This document shows positions 19,604 to 29,293 of a stretch of 64,000 nt of DNA, in pieces. The stretch is from contig JBGPFC010000001.1 in the NCBI GenBank assembly GCA_041483195.1, positions 64,001-128,000 on the forward strand. The letters run 5' to 3'. Both the position numbers and the translations under genes were made by a program. Source of the DNA: Candidatus Eiseniibacteriota bacterium (GTDB taxonomy: Bacteria; Eisenbacteria; RBG-16-71-46). The stretch's first letter is position 1. Every line of letters begins with the position of its first letter. Under the pieces are notes generated by a model. It was not told where the DNA came from. It saw only the letters and a list, made by a program, of their open reading frames with translations, and ran no database searches.

Positions 19604-21666
19604 TCTCCCTGGGTACGTGCGTGATCCGCCGGGCCGAGACGCGCTTCGCACGAGACGAACACGCTGCGGCCCGGAAGCGGGAAGCCGGCGACGTCGGTCG
19701 CGCGGCGGTTGCCGAGATTCTTGCTTTCGAGGGTGAGGCGCGGGCCGAACGCCCACGGCACGGCCGAGAGCGATGCGCCGATCAGCGTGCGGCTCGTCAC
19801 GCGCTGGCGGTTGTATGCGTCGAGGAAGTTGTCGCCGATGTACTGCACGTTGGTGGCCGCGCCGAATCGCGCACGCCGCCACTGGAGCTGCGCGCCCGCC
19901 ACGCGCTCCGGGCGCTGCGGCAGGCGCTTGCCGTACCACGCCGGCACGATGCCGCGATCGCGCGCGCGCTGAAGCGTGAGCGCCCCGCCCGCCGTGAGCC
20001 CGCCGGGCGAGCGCAGCTCGAGCGAGAACTCCTCGCCGCGGATGTCGGCGCGCGAGACGTTCTGCGCGCGCACGCTGCTCTGCGAGTTGCGAACGAACAG
20101 GATCAGGTCCTCGGGGCGCGACTGGAAGTGCGCCCACTCGATCGCGCCCGAGAACGCGCCGCGCGCGCGGCTCCAGCGCGCGCCGGCGTCCCAGTTCTCG
20201 CCGTGCTCGGGTTTGAGCGCCGCGTTGCCGAGCACGCTGCCCTCGTTGCCGAACAGCTCGAGAAAATCCGGCGCCCGCTGCGCGCGCGCCCAGTTCGCCT
20301 TGAGCTCGAGCCCGATCGGACCTGAGAGCCACGCGCCGAGCTGCGGCGCGTTGAGCGTGCGCGTCGCGTCCGAGCGCTTGACGATTCCCGCGACTCCGAC
20401 GGTGCGCAGCCGGTCCGCGAGATGGTCCCAGCGGCGCGCGGCGTGCATCACCAGCCGGTCGCCGAAGGGTCGCGCGCGCAGCGCCACCATCGCGCCGCGC
20501 GTCGAGCGCACGCTCTGCGGCGGATCCGGGTAGCCATCGAGCGCGTCGTGGAGCGTCGCGCGCTCCTCGCGCAGCGCGCCCGAGGATTCGAGCGAGAACA
20601 CGCGCAGCAGGCGCGGCCATCCGAGACCGAGCGTCAGCGCCTCCCCGGCGAAGCCGTCGTCGGTGTCGTGGCGTCCGAGGCCCAGCTCGCCGGTGCGATC
20701 GAGCGCGCGCGATCTCACGCGCGAGAGCGCGCCCGTGAGCCGCGCGAAGGGCAGCGCGCGCCGCGCCTCGCTCGCCGCCTCGATCTCGCTGATCGAGCGC
20801 AGGAATCGCCACTGCGCGTGGCGCGCGGGCGTAGCGCCGAGCCCCGGCACGCCGTGCGCCTCGCGGAACACGTTCTCGCGCGCGGTGAGCTTCACGCCCC
20901 GCGCCGGCTCAGCACTCAGCGTGGCGAGCCCGGTCAGCGCGTCGAAGCGATTGTTGACGCGCAGGCTGGTGCTGTCGTCGGCGAGGTTGAAGGGCGTGCC
21001 GTTGTCGTCGTGAAACGAGTAGTTCCCCGCGGAGCCCTGGTAGCTCGCGTGCAGCAGCCCCGCCACGCGGCCGCGTCGCGCGCCGGCGGTCGCGCGTCCC
21101 TCCCAAGTGTCGAACGAGCCGCGCGTGACGCGCGCGTCGAGCCGCTCCGGCGATGCGAGCGTGACCAGGTTGATCGCGCCACCCGGCGCGCCGGCTCCGA
21201 AGCCGAGCGGGCTCGATCCGCGATACACCTCGATGCGTTCGACCGCGGTCGATGGCAGGTCGGAGAGATTAACGACGCTGCCCGCCGCAGAATTGACGGG
21301 CGAGCCGTCGAGGTAGACCGCCACCTCGCCCGATGGCGCGCCGCGCAGCGAGACGGTGCTGAACGCGCCGAGACCACCGTATTGAACGACGCGCGCGCTC
21401 GCGGCCTGGCTCAGCACGTCGGAAAGCGTCTCGAGCGCGCGGCCGCTCGCGCCGGTCGCGAGATCGGAGACGAAGGCGGTCGGCATGCGCCGCCGCGCGT
21501 CCATGCGCGGGCGTTCGCGATCCACGCGGATCTCGGGCAGGCGCAGGATGGTGTCGCGAGCGCCGGCGTTACCCGCGGCGTGGCGCGCGGCGTCGCTCGC
21601 GCGGCCGGCGGAATCAGCCGGCGCCGAGGCCACCACGAATGCGGAGAACAGTGCGAGTACGATCAC
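19600..21666 (-). CDS. btuB: TonB-dependent receptor, cobalamin (BtuB-like)
   Basis: Plug motifs SLRG, VYLDG, ERIEVYRG, GGAINLVT; GNAALKPEHG; FPLPGRS; downstream of a cobalamin riboswitch. Confidence 0.85.
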   Translation of the reverse strand: MIVLALFSAFVVASAPADSAGRASDAARHAAGNAGARDTILRLPEIRVDRERPRMDARRRMPTAFVSDLATGASGRALETLSDVLSQAASARVVQYGGLGAFSTVSLRGAPSGEVAVYLDGSPVNSAAGSVVNLSDLPSTAVERIEVYRGSSPLGFGAGAPGGAINLVTLASPERLDARVTRGSFDTWEGRATAGARRGRVAGLLHASYQGSAGNYSFHDDNGTPFNLADDSTSLRVNNRFDALTGLATLSAEPARGVKLTARENVFREAHGVPGLGATPARHAQWRFLRSISEIEAASEARRALPFARLTGALSRVRSRALDRTGELGLGRHDTDDGFAGEALTLGLGWPRLLRVFSLESSGALREERATLHDALDGYPDPPQSVRSTRGAMVALRARPFGDRLVMHAARRWDHLADRLRTVGVAGIVKRSDATRTLNAPQLGAWLSGPIGLELKANWARAQRAPDFLELFGNEGSVLGNAALKPEHGENWDAGARWSRARGAFSGAIEWAHFQSRPEDLILFVRNSQSSVRAQNVSRADIRGEEFSLELRSPGGLTAGGALTLQRARDRGIVPAWYGKRLPQRPERVAGAQLQWRRARFGAATNVQYIGDNFLDAYNRQRVTSRTLIGASLSAVPWAFGPRLTLESKNLGNRRATDVAGFPLPGRSVFVSCEARLGPADHARTQGE

Positions 21667-21784
21667 GGCGTCGCGCGCGCCTCAATCGAAAGGCCCTGCC
21701 CCGGAGAGTGAGTCTCGGAGGAAGGGCCACAAAGCGACGCCGTCCACCTTCGACGCTCTCTCGCGAAGCGTCACGGGCTCATCG

Positions 21785-21944
21785 CTTCCGGGCAGGTTTC
21801 CTGACTCAGGGCCGCTTCGGGTCTCGCCTTCCCGATCGTGAGATCAGTGGCGTGTGAGACCCGGGGAGCCCATTACAGTGGCGGGACCGTGGGGGAATTT
21901 CACCCCTCTTCCCTATTAACCCACCTCGTGTGGGCACCCGGAAG
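21785..21944 (-). promoter_or_regulatory. cobalamin riboswitch
   Basis: Minus strand ..GGTGCCC..AATAGGGAAGAGGGGTGAAATTCCCCCACGGTCCCGCCACTGTAA..GCCACTG..GGGAAGGC..GAGTCAGGAAACCTGCC (B12 box); P1 CTTCCGGG/CCCGGAAG. Confidence 0.95.
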
Positions 21945-22048
21945 ATGTCGATAGCAATATGGGTGGGGCGGCGCGCGGCGTCAAGGGGCGATCTTCGCGC
22001 GGCGAGTGTTAGCATGCGGCGGCTCGCACGAACAACCGGGGACAGAGC

Positions 22049-22516
22049 ATGCACGAAGTCACGCTCCAGATCATCGCCACGGTGAAGAACGGCCGCACCT
22101 CGGCCGCCGACGCCGACTGGGGCGCGGTGGAGTCGGCGATCGAAATGAAGCCCGAGTTCGCGGCGGGGCTCGAGGGGCTCGACGGCTTCTCGCACGCGCT
22201 CATCCTCTTCTACATGCACCTCGATCCCGATCGCGAGCCGCCCGCGCTGGTGCGCCGGCCGCGCGGGCGCGCCGACATGCCGCTGCTCGGCGTGTTCGCG
22301 CAGCGCGGGCGCATGCGGCCCAATCCGGTCGGGATCACAGCGGTCGAGATCGTGCGAGTCGAACCCGGCCGCCTCATCGTGCGCGGCCTCGACGCGGTGG
22401 ACGGCACGCCCGTGCTCGACCTCAAGCCCTACGCGCCGCCGTTCGATTGCATCGAGCACGCGAGCGTGCCCGAGTGGTTCACGCGGCTCATGCGGGGCTA
22501 CTTCGGCCCGGAGTGA
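22049..22516 (+). CDS. tsaA: TsaA/TrmO-like SAM-binding tRNA methyltransferase
   Basis: GLEGLDGFSH, GVFAQRGRMRPNPVG, GLDAVDGTPVLDLKPY. Confidence 0.85.
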   Translation: MHEVTLQIIATVKNGRTSAADADWGAVESAIEMKPEFAAGLEGLDGFSHALILFYMHLDPDREPPALVRRPRGRADMPLLGVFAQRGRMRPNPVGITAVEIVRVEPGRLIVRGLDAVDGTPVLDLKPYAPPFDCIEHASVPEWFTRLMRGYFGPE

Positions 22517-23289
22517 TCGGCGCGCGGCCTCCAGTTGAACGCCTGCGCGGTGGTGAGCAGCTCGAACCCGCGCCGCTCGAGGATCGGCCGGCTCATCGCG
22601 CCAGCGTCCACCTGCACGTAGCGATAGCCGCGGGCGCGCGCCTCCGCGACCCGCGCCGCGAGCAGCGCGGTGTAGGCGCCGCGCCCGCGATGGGCGGGCA
22701 GCGTCGTGCCGCCCCAGATGCTGGCGAACGCGCTGCCAGGCGGCATGCGCAGCCACGCGGCGGCAACCATTGCGCCGTCCGCGTACGCGGCGAAGATGCG
22801 AAGCGTCTCGGGGGCCGCGCGCATCTCCTCGGCGAACTTGAGCGCGAGCCAGCCGAAGTCCTTCCCCCACACCTCCTGCTTGAGCGCGACGATCTCGTCG
22901 ATCTGCTTCGGGCTCATGATGCGCCGCACCTCGAGCGCGCACGGGCGCGGCAGCGGCGCCGCGCGCTCCAGGTCGAGCACCATCACCGCCTCCGGCTCCT
23001 CGGCCACGAACCCGCGCGCCACCAGCCGCGCGGCGAGATCGGGCGGCGTGTCGTATCCGTAGAGCTTCCACTCGAAGCGCAGGTTCAGCGACGAGAAGCG
23101 CGCGACCTCGCCCTCGATCGCGCGGTCGGCGTTCGAGTCGTCGAGCCGCGAATGGATTACGAGGCCGCCGCCGCCGATGGTGCTGACGTGGCGCACCGTC
23201 TCGGGCGTGGCCTCGCGCCGCGTCCCCACGGTCTCGGCCTCGAGGCGCTCCTCGCGATCGAAGCGCGCGAGCGTTTCGTCGCGATTCAA
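22498..23289 (-). CDS. GNAT family N-acetyltransferase
   Basis: EWKLYGYDTP; WGGTTLPAHRGRGAYTALL...SRPILERRGF; TTG start overlapping the upstream stop. Confidence 0.88.
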   Translation of the reverse strand: MNRDETLARFDREERLEAETVGTRREATPETVRHVSTIGGGGLVIHSRLDDSNADRAIEGEVARFSSLNLRFEWKLYGYDTPPDLAARLVARGFVAEEPEAVMVLDLERAAPLPRPCALEVRRIMSPKQIDEIVALKQEVWGKDFGWLALKFAEEMRAAPETLRIFAAYADGAMVAAAWLRMPPGSAFASIWGGTTLPAHRGRGAYTALLAARVAEARARGYRYVQVDAGAMSRPILERRGFELLTTAQAFNWRPRADHSGPK

Positions 23290-24002
23290 CGCGCGGCGTC
23301 CACGATCGCGCGCGCGCGGCGGAAGACGGCGTGCCACATCGGGCGCGTGAGCCGGCCGGTGTTGGTGTTCTGGCGGCTCGGATGGTACGCGCTCATCAGG
23401 ATCGTGCCGTCTTCGAGCGGCGTCTCGGCGCCATGCGCGAAGCGTGGCCGCGTGCCGGGCGCGAGACGATCCCACCAGCCCGATGCGCGCAGGTATGCGG
23501 CATGCGCGACGTGCCCGAGCGTGAGCACCACGCGCACATGCGTGAGCAGCCGCAGCTCGGCCTCGAGGTGTGGGCGGCAGTTCTCGATCTCGCGAGGCAA
23601 GGGCTTGTTCTGCGGCGGCGCGCAGCGCGCGGAGGCGGTGACGTAGGCGCCGGTGAGCGCCTGTCCGTCGTCGCGGCCGGTCGAGTCGGGCAGGCTCGCG
23701 AAGCCCTCGCGATGGAGCGCCGCGTAGAGCCAGCTCCCGCTCGAATCGCCTGTGAACACGCGGCCGGTGCGATTGCCGCCGTGCGCGGCGGGCGCGAGGC
23801 CGATGATCAGCAGCCGCGCGTTCGCGTCGCCGAAGCCCGGCACCGGCTTGCCCCAGTAGCGTTGATCCGCGAACGCACGCTTCTTCTCGCGCGCCACGCG
23901 CTCGCACCACGTGCGCAGCCGCGGGCAGAGATCGCACGCGACGATCGTGCGCTCGAGCGCGGCGAGCGTGCGCGGGGGCGAGCTGCGGATCGTGCGCGGC
24001 AC
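23286..24002 (-). CDS. uracil-DNA glycosylase, family 5 (UdgB-like, Fe-S)
   Basis: CDLCPRL, GLAPAAHGGNRTGRVFTGD, CAPPQNKP, YHPSRQNTNTG. Confidence 0.93.
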   Translation of the reverse strand: MPRTIRSSPPRTLAALERTIVACDLCPRLRTWCERVAREKKRAFADQRYWGKPVPGFGDANARLLIIGLAPAAHGGNRTGRVFTGDSSGSWLYAALHREGFASLPDSTGRDDGQALTGAYVTASARCAPPQNKPLPREIENCRPHLEAELRLLTHVRVVLTLGHVAHAAYLRASGWWDRLAPGTRPRFAHGAETPLEDGTILMSAYHPSRQNTNTGRLTRPMWHAVFRRARAIVDAAR

Positions 24003-24007
24003 GCGGC

Positions 24008-25594
24008 CTATCGCCCCACCCACGACACACGCGCGCTCGCCTGACCGAGCGAATCGCGGACGCGCACGTGATAGATCCCGGGCCGCACCGTGCCACCGCC
24101 GTCACGCTCGCCACGCCACACCAGGACCGTGTCGTCCTGCTCGAGGTCACGTGCCCACACGCGACGCCCGGCCGAGTCGAGGATCTCGAGATGCGCGCGC
24201 GAGCCGAGCCGAGTGACCGCGAGCCGCACCGCGCAGCACGCGGGATTGGGGCCCACGGTGAGCCTTGGCCCCACGGGCGGCGCGTCGAGATTGCTGTCGA
24301 GCCGCAGCAGCGCGAAGTCTCCCGATGACAGGAACAGGCTCACGCGTCCGTTCGCGCCGTCGGGCTCGGTCGGCAGCGGGCTCCATATATCGGCCGCATC
24401 GCCCAGTCGCGATACGCGCACCGGCTGCGCGAAGGAGAGCGCGATGGTCTGTGCGCCCGATGAGTCCGCGTTCACGACCAGCACGAAGCGCGAGGTTGGA
24501 TCGCCCTTGAAGCGCCCGATCGCGGCGCGGCCCGCGACCGACGCGATCCACCCATCGCGCGCGAACGCCGCGCCGCCCACCGGCTGCGAACCGGCGTGCT
24601 GCGTCGAGATCCATGCGAGCGAGGCCAGCGTCTCGCCCGCCGCGCGCACCGAGGGGTTGAATCCCTGGAGCACGGTGTACCAGCGCGAGCGCACGCCGTC
24701 GTAGCCGATCACCGCCGGCTGCCAGTTCCAGACCGGATCGGGCGCCGGAGTCCAGTAGGTGAAGTAACCCACGCCGCGCGCGCCGTAGGCGAGCAGCATC
24801 GAGACCTGCCAGCGCAGCTCGCCCGGCGTGAGGTCGCGATAGCTCCCATGCTGCACCAGCAGCACGATCCCCCAGAACGGAATGCCGTACTCGTCAGCGA
24901 GCGCGCGCAGGCCCGCGGCGTTCTCGACGAACAGCCCGCGGTCGCTGCCCACCAGAAAATCGTAGAGCGCGTCGCACAGCACCGTGGGGTGCACGGTGTC
25001 GGCGAACTGTCGCACGTAACTTTCCCACTCGGCGCGGGTCGAGAAGCCGCCGCGGCCGATGAGATTGTCGAACGAGGGATGCGCGGGATCGCGCGACGCC
25101 AGCTCCGCGTAGTAGCGCGCGAGCCTCGGGGACTCCGCAGGCTGCGGCTCGTCGGTGAAGTAGTAGCCGAAGAAGCCGGGATCGGAGCGGTAATCGGCGA
25201 CCACCGAATCGAGAATCGCGGGCGAGCCGGGATCGTTGAAGTCGAGCCCCTCGAGACGATTGTCCCACGCGAGGCAGCGCACCCCGCGCGGCGCGGCGAG
25301 GCCCATGCGCTGCTGGTTCGCGACCAGACGGCCCGAGTCGAGCCACGCTGGCAATGCCACGTTGAGCGCGAGCTGCGAAAGCTCGTCGAAGCGCGCCGCG
25401 TTGGTGGACTCGACCGGCGGGCTCACCCAGCCGAAGAGCGCGAAATGTCGGAGCGGGTCGGGGATGGCGGTCGCGCGTGCGGCGCGCGGAGCGGACGCCG
25501 AGGCGATGCGGTCGTCCGCGGACAGCCGATCGCCGCTCACGCCGGCGAGGATCAACGCCAGCGTGCAGGCGCTCCACACGCGGAGCGCGCTCAT
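24008..25594 (-). CDS. secreted glycoside-hydrolase-like (TIM barrel) protein with FlgD/T9SS-like tail
   Basis: Signal peptide; GYYFTDEP, LAYGARGVGYFTYW; tail GPNPA...ILDSAGRRV...WRGERDGGGTVRPGIYHVRV. Confidence 0.75.
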   Translation of the reverse strand: MSALRVWSACTLALILAGVSGDRLSADDRIASASAPRAARATAIPDPLRHFALFGWVSPPVESTNAARFDELSQLALNVALPAWLDSGRLVANQQRMGLAAPRGVRCLAWDNRLEGLDFNDPGSPAILDSVVADYRSDPGFFGYYFTDEPQPAESPRLARYYAELASRDPAHPSFDNLIGRGGFSTRAEWESYVRQFADTVHPTVLCDALYDFLVGSDRGLFVENAAGLRALADEYGIPFWGIVLLVQHGSYRDLTPGELRWQVSMLLAYGARGVGYFTYWTPAPDPVWNWQPAVIGYDGVRSRWYTVLQGFNPSVRAAGETLASLAWISTQHAGSQPVGGAAFARDGWIASVAGRAAIGRFKGDPTSRFVLVVNADSSGAQTIALSFAQPVRVSRLGDAADIWSPLPTEPDGANGRVSLFLSSGDFALLRLDSNLDAPPVGPRLTVGPNPACCAVRLAVTRLGSRAHLEILDSAGRRVWARDLEQDDTVLVWRGERDGGGTVRPGIYHVRVRDSLGQASARVSWVGR

Positions 25595-26125
25595 TGGGAG
25601 TTCCGTGCGGCTTGATTCACCGGGTGCTTGCCCCTGGATTCTCCCCCGGTGCTCGAACGATTGCGCGGAGCGCTCCACGGGGTCGGAAGACTTTACTGGA
25701 ATGAGTGGGGCAAGCGTAGCCGGGGCGGGAAGGCATGAGGCTCAGAGGTTGCGGACTCTTGGGACTCTTCGTCTGGGACGGCCCGCGATCGTCGTAGACC
25801 GACGACTGTTGCAGCGGCTGTTGCAGTTCACGCACGGAAAGCGGCCGTTGCCCGCTGGTCGCGTCTCGTTGGGTATTCTGCTTGGATGAGTGTGCCATTC
25901 CGAGGCCCGCGCGGAACGCGACATGGAATTCAGTGAAGGCGTTCTATCGCGAGGCTACATCGATAACGAGAGAGGTTGCGCGACTGCTCGCAAAGGGCGA
26001 CGGCTCGCGTGATCAAACACGGGCTCGCACATGAAGCAGGACAGCCTCACCCAGATCGGAGGGCATGTAGGTTGCAGAAGTCAACTCGTCGTTGCCTCTT
26101 CCTCAAGTAGGCGGAAGGACAATTT

Positions 26126-27454
26126 GAGCCTGTCCTGAATTCTGTGTAAGCCCCTCCCCGGTCACGCGGGCAGTCGTCCTTCGAACATGATCGAGAACTG
26201 ATTCAGGGCGAGATTCCAGCACTTCGGTTGCCGTGTCCACTTCTTCTCCATGTTGCGGATCCCGAGGTAGACCAGCTTGAGCGCGGCCTCGTCGCTGGGA
26301 AAGTGGCCGCGGGCCTTCGTCACCTTGCGTAGCGTGAAGTTCAGCGACTCGATGGCGTTGGTCGTGTAGATGATGCGGCGCACCTCGCGGCCGAACGCGA
26401 AAAACGGCCGCACGCGCTCCCAGTTCGAGCGCCACGCCTGCGCCACCATCGGGTAGCGCTCCAGCCACCGCCGCTCGAACTCGGCGAGTGCCACGAGCGC
26501 CGCTTCCTCGGTGTCGGCCGCGTACACCAGGCGCAGGTCGCCGATCAGGGCCTTGCGATTGACCCACGCCACGAAGCGCGTCGAGCTGCGGATCAGGTGG
26601 ACGATGCAGGTCTGCACCACGGTCCGCGGGAACACCGCCTCGATCGCGTCGGGGAAACCCTTGAGTCCGTCGCAGCAGATCACGAACACGTCGGCGAGGC
26701 CGCGGTTCTTGAGCTCGGTGATCACCTTGAGCCAGAACTTCGCGCCCTCGTTCGGCTCGATCCACAGTCCCAGCACTTCCTTCTTGCCCTCGAGGTTGAT
26801 CCCGAGCGCCATGTAGACGTGCTTGTTCTGCACCACACCCTGGTCGCGCACCTTCATCACCAGCGCGTCCAGGTAGATGATCGGCCACACGGCGTCGAGA
26901 GGACGTGCCTGCCACTTCGCCACCTCGTCGACCACGGCGTCCGTCACCGTCGAGATCAGGCTCGGCGAGATGTCCGTGCCGTAGATCTCCGACAGATGGG
27001 CCTGGATGTCGCGCACGCTCATGCCGCGGGCGTACATCGACAGGATCTTGTCGTCGAAGCCGGTGAAGCGCCGCTGATGCTTCTTCACCAGCTGGGGCTC
27101 GAACGAGCCGTTGCGATCGCGGGGCGTCTCGATCGCGACGTCGCCCTGATCCGTCGTGAGCGTCTTCGGCGTCGTCCCGTTGCGGGAGTTGCCGGCGGCG
27201 ACACTCCCGGGCGCCCCGGGATCGTAGCCCAGGTGCTCGGTCAACTCCGCGCCCAGCGCGCGTTCGACCAGCGCGCCCGTGAGCTGCTTCAGCAGACCCT
27301 CGGGGCCGGTGAGATCCTCGGGGCCCTGGTAGTCGGCCAGCAGCTCGTCGAGAATCTCTTTGCGAATCCTTCGCTTCATGGTGTCCCTTCCTTTCAGGGA
27401 AGAGACTACCTGCATCACGCGGTCAGGCGCTTACACAAAATCGGGTACAGGCTC
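26126..27454 (-). mobile_element. IS256-family insertion sequence
   Basis: Terminal IRs GAGCCTGTCCTGAATTCTGTGTAAGC (26126) and revcomp GAGCCTGTACCCGATTTTGTGTAAGC (27454), 21/26 identical; no target duplication seen. Confidence 0.92.
26162..27379 (-). CDS. IS256-family DDE transposase
   Basis: [38 protein letters not shown]. Confidence 0.97.
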   Translation of the reverse strand: MKRRIRKEILDELLADYQGPEDLTGPEGLLKQLTGALVERALGAELTEHLGYDPGAPGSVAAGNSRNGTTPKTLTTDQGDVAIETPRDRNGSFEPQLVKKHQRRFTGFDDKILSMYARGMSVRDIQAHLSEIYGTDISPSLISTVTDAVVDEVAKWQARPLDAVWPIIYLDALVMKVRDQGVVQNKHVYMALGINLEGKKEVLGLWIEPNEGAKFWLKVITELKNRGLADVFVICCDGLKGFPDAIEAVFPRTVVQTCIVHLIRSSTRFVAWVNRKALIGDLRLVYAADTEEAALVALAEFERRWLERYPMVAQAWRSNWERVRPFFAFGREVRRIIYTTNAIESLNFTLRKVTKARGHFPSDEAALKLVYLGIRNMEKKWTRQPKCWNLALNQFSIMFEGRLPA

Positions 27455-27527
27455 ACCGCGGGACGTGAAAGGACACCGAAACCGCAGCCGACCGTAGCCA
27501 TCCATTGTCATGGCGGGCATCAATTCG

Positions 27528-28211
27528 CTATGAGAGCTTCGGCATTTGCTCGACCGCTGCTAGAAGGCGCTCCTGGAACCACCTCAAGAGGCTACGCGCT
27601 TGCTCGCGCAGCGCTGGCCATCGGAGCACCAGTCGCAGAAACACGCCATGGGCCGTGTTGTACCAGTCGCGTGGTGTCTGCACGGATAGATTGTTGCTCA
27701 AGTAATCCAGTTCGTCCCTGACCACGCGCGTGCCCGGGCCGGAAGGATCTAGATACTTGAGAATCTCGTTCTCAAATTCCGAAAGAACAACTCGGAGGGC
27801 GCTCGTCTGGTTGACCGTAAATGGGGCCGATCACGTTGAATCCCCATCTCCAGTGGATGGTAGCGTTGGTGAAGTTTCGAAGGACTGCCATGGATCCACA
27901 GCGTTTGATTCTCGCCGGACATACCCGAGCCACTGCTGGAGACACTGGAACTGGAGTTCCCATGACCCGGGATAGTCACCGCCCTGACTCGAAAACTCAC
28001 CCGGCGTGAACAGGGCATACTCAACTCCATTCTTGTAGTCGAATAAGAAGAGAGAGTTCGTCGGCCGGTGGCACAATTGAGAGACCGTAAGAGCTTCCTC
28101 GAAAGTACTGGGCGCAAGTCTCCATTCGAAGTCCTTGGGTTCTAGACCAATCGCCTCTATGGTTCGAGCGATTGCGCTCTTCAGACTTGGCAGGATGGTC
28201 CGCGTGTTCAC
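27528..28211 (-). pseudogene. hypothetical protein interrupted by one in-frame TGA (27831-27833)
   Basis: ORFs 27831..28232 and 27528..27725 share a frame and the bridge is open (DST*SAPFTVNQTSALRVVLSEFENEILKYLDP...ELDYL); AAGGAG RBS before GTG 28211. Confidence 0.6.
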
Positions 28212-28338
28212 TGTCACTCCTTCGGATTCCAAGAGGCAATGGCAAGCTATTGCTCATGGACACACAGGTCAATGCCGGCCTGAGGGATTCCAACTTCCAT
28301 CTCCAAGCGCCGCCTTTGTGTGGTGAGGGAGGAAACAG

Positions 28339-29034
28339 ATGAGCGACGCGCTGAAGGTCTTGGTGCCCCTGTCCGTCGGAAGGGATAGCATGCTCGGTGT
28401 CTGGCACGTTGTCCAAGACACGCTTACGCTTGTCCGCGAGCCCGCGTCGAAGCTGGACTCGCCGCTGCTGCAGACGCTGCTCGGCGGTGCGCTGGCGATC
28501 GCGGGTGGGTTTTTTGGGAAACTCTTTGATCAGGGGCTTCAGCGTCGATCGCGTCGCAATGAACTGATTGCGATGGCGATTTTGGACTTGAGTGAGGCCG
28601 CGGTAGTCGCGCGTCGTATGGCCAATTCCCTGAGTTTGACTGGGGAATTGGCTGACGCGGCGCTGGATCACCTTACTTTTGCATCGGCTGCCATAGAGGC
28701 GCGACGATCGGACTCGGCTCTTCTACCCGACGAGGGCCTGCGTCGTGACTTAGTTGAATGGATTGGATACCTCCACGTCATTCGGACGGGAGTCGCCGAT
28801 TTCAAAGAGAGGGTGCGAGAGCTAGGCGAAGCAGTAGCTTCCGACCCTGCCTACCAGCCAGTGCGGGCGCAGCTTGCGTCCAGTTTCAATTTCATTGCGC
28901 GAGAGGGTGCGTTCCTCGTTGAGCAACTGGGAGGGGCGGTCGTGCTCCCCGCTGAGCCGAAGGAACTGCCCGCAAGTGTGGACCCGCGCGCGGAGAAGAA
29001 GATTGCATGGCGCGCGCGGCAGAAGAGGAAGTGA
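28339..29034 (+). CDS. hypothetical protein with an N-terminal membrane segment (island cargo)
   Basis: GGAGG RBS; LLGGALAIAGGFFG TM followed by a helical domain; lower GC. Confidence 0.65.
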   Translation: MSDALKVLVPLSVGRDSMLGVWHVVQDTLTLVREPASKLDSPLLQTLLGGALAIAGGFFGKLFDQGLQRRSRRNELIAMAILDLSEAAVVARRMANSLSLTGELADAALDHLTFASAAIEARRSDSALLPDEGLRRDLVEWIGYLHVIRTGVADFKERVRELGEAVASDPAYQPVRAQLASSFNFIAREGAFLVEQLGGAVVLPAEPKELPASVDPRAEKKIAWRARQKRK

Positions 29035-29112
29035 GTTCGCGCCCTTGGCTCAAGACTGGGCTTCAGGATGCACAGCTCGTGTCCGCCAGTCACGCGAGTC
29101 GGCGTACCGCCT

Positions 29113-29201
29113 TCTCGCCCTGAATCAGTTCGCCATCATGAGCGACGGACGACCGCCGGTGCGACGGGACAGGGGGCTTCCACAGAAATCAGGACAGGCT
29201 C
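29113..29201 (+). mobile_element. remnant 3' end and IR of a related IS256 copy, inverted relative to the intact IS
   Basis: TCTCGCCCTGAATCAGTTC is identical to the transposase 3' end (LALNQF); terminal revcomp GAGCCTGTCCTGATTTCTGTGGAAGCCCC is 27/29 identical to the IR at 26126. Confidence 0.85.
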
Positions 29202-29293
29202 CTGACTTACCACCCCCACCGCGAGCCCGCCCAACGCCTTATCCCCCGCTCGCCAACCTTGCTTCACCGCGGGGAACCCCCTAGATTCCCCCG

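Noticed and set aside
25600..26125. Short ORFs (25617..25898, 25742..25924) in the lower-GC gap before the IS
   Set aside because: No recognisable motif or RBS; likely promoter region or island debris.
27831..27833. In-frame TGA as a fourth selenocysteine
   Set aside because: No Cys/redox motif, linker context and no convincing downstream stem; treated as a nonsense mutation.
26118..29209. Target-site duplication for the IS256 or the composite unit
   Set aside because: Flanks GACAATTT, ACCGCGGG and CTGACTTA do not match.
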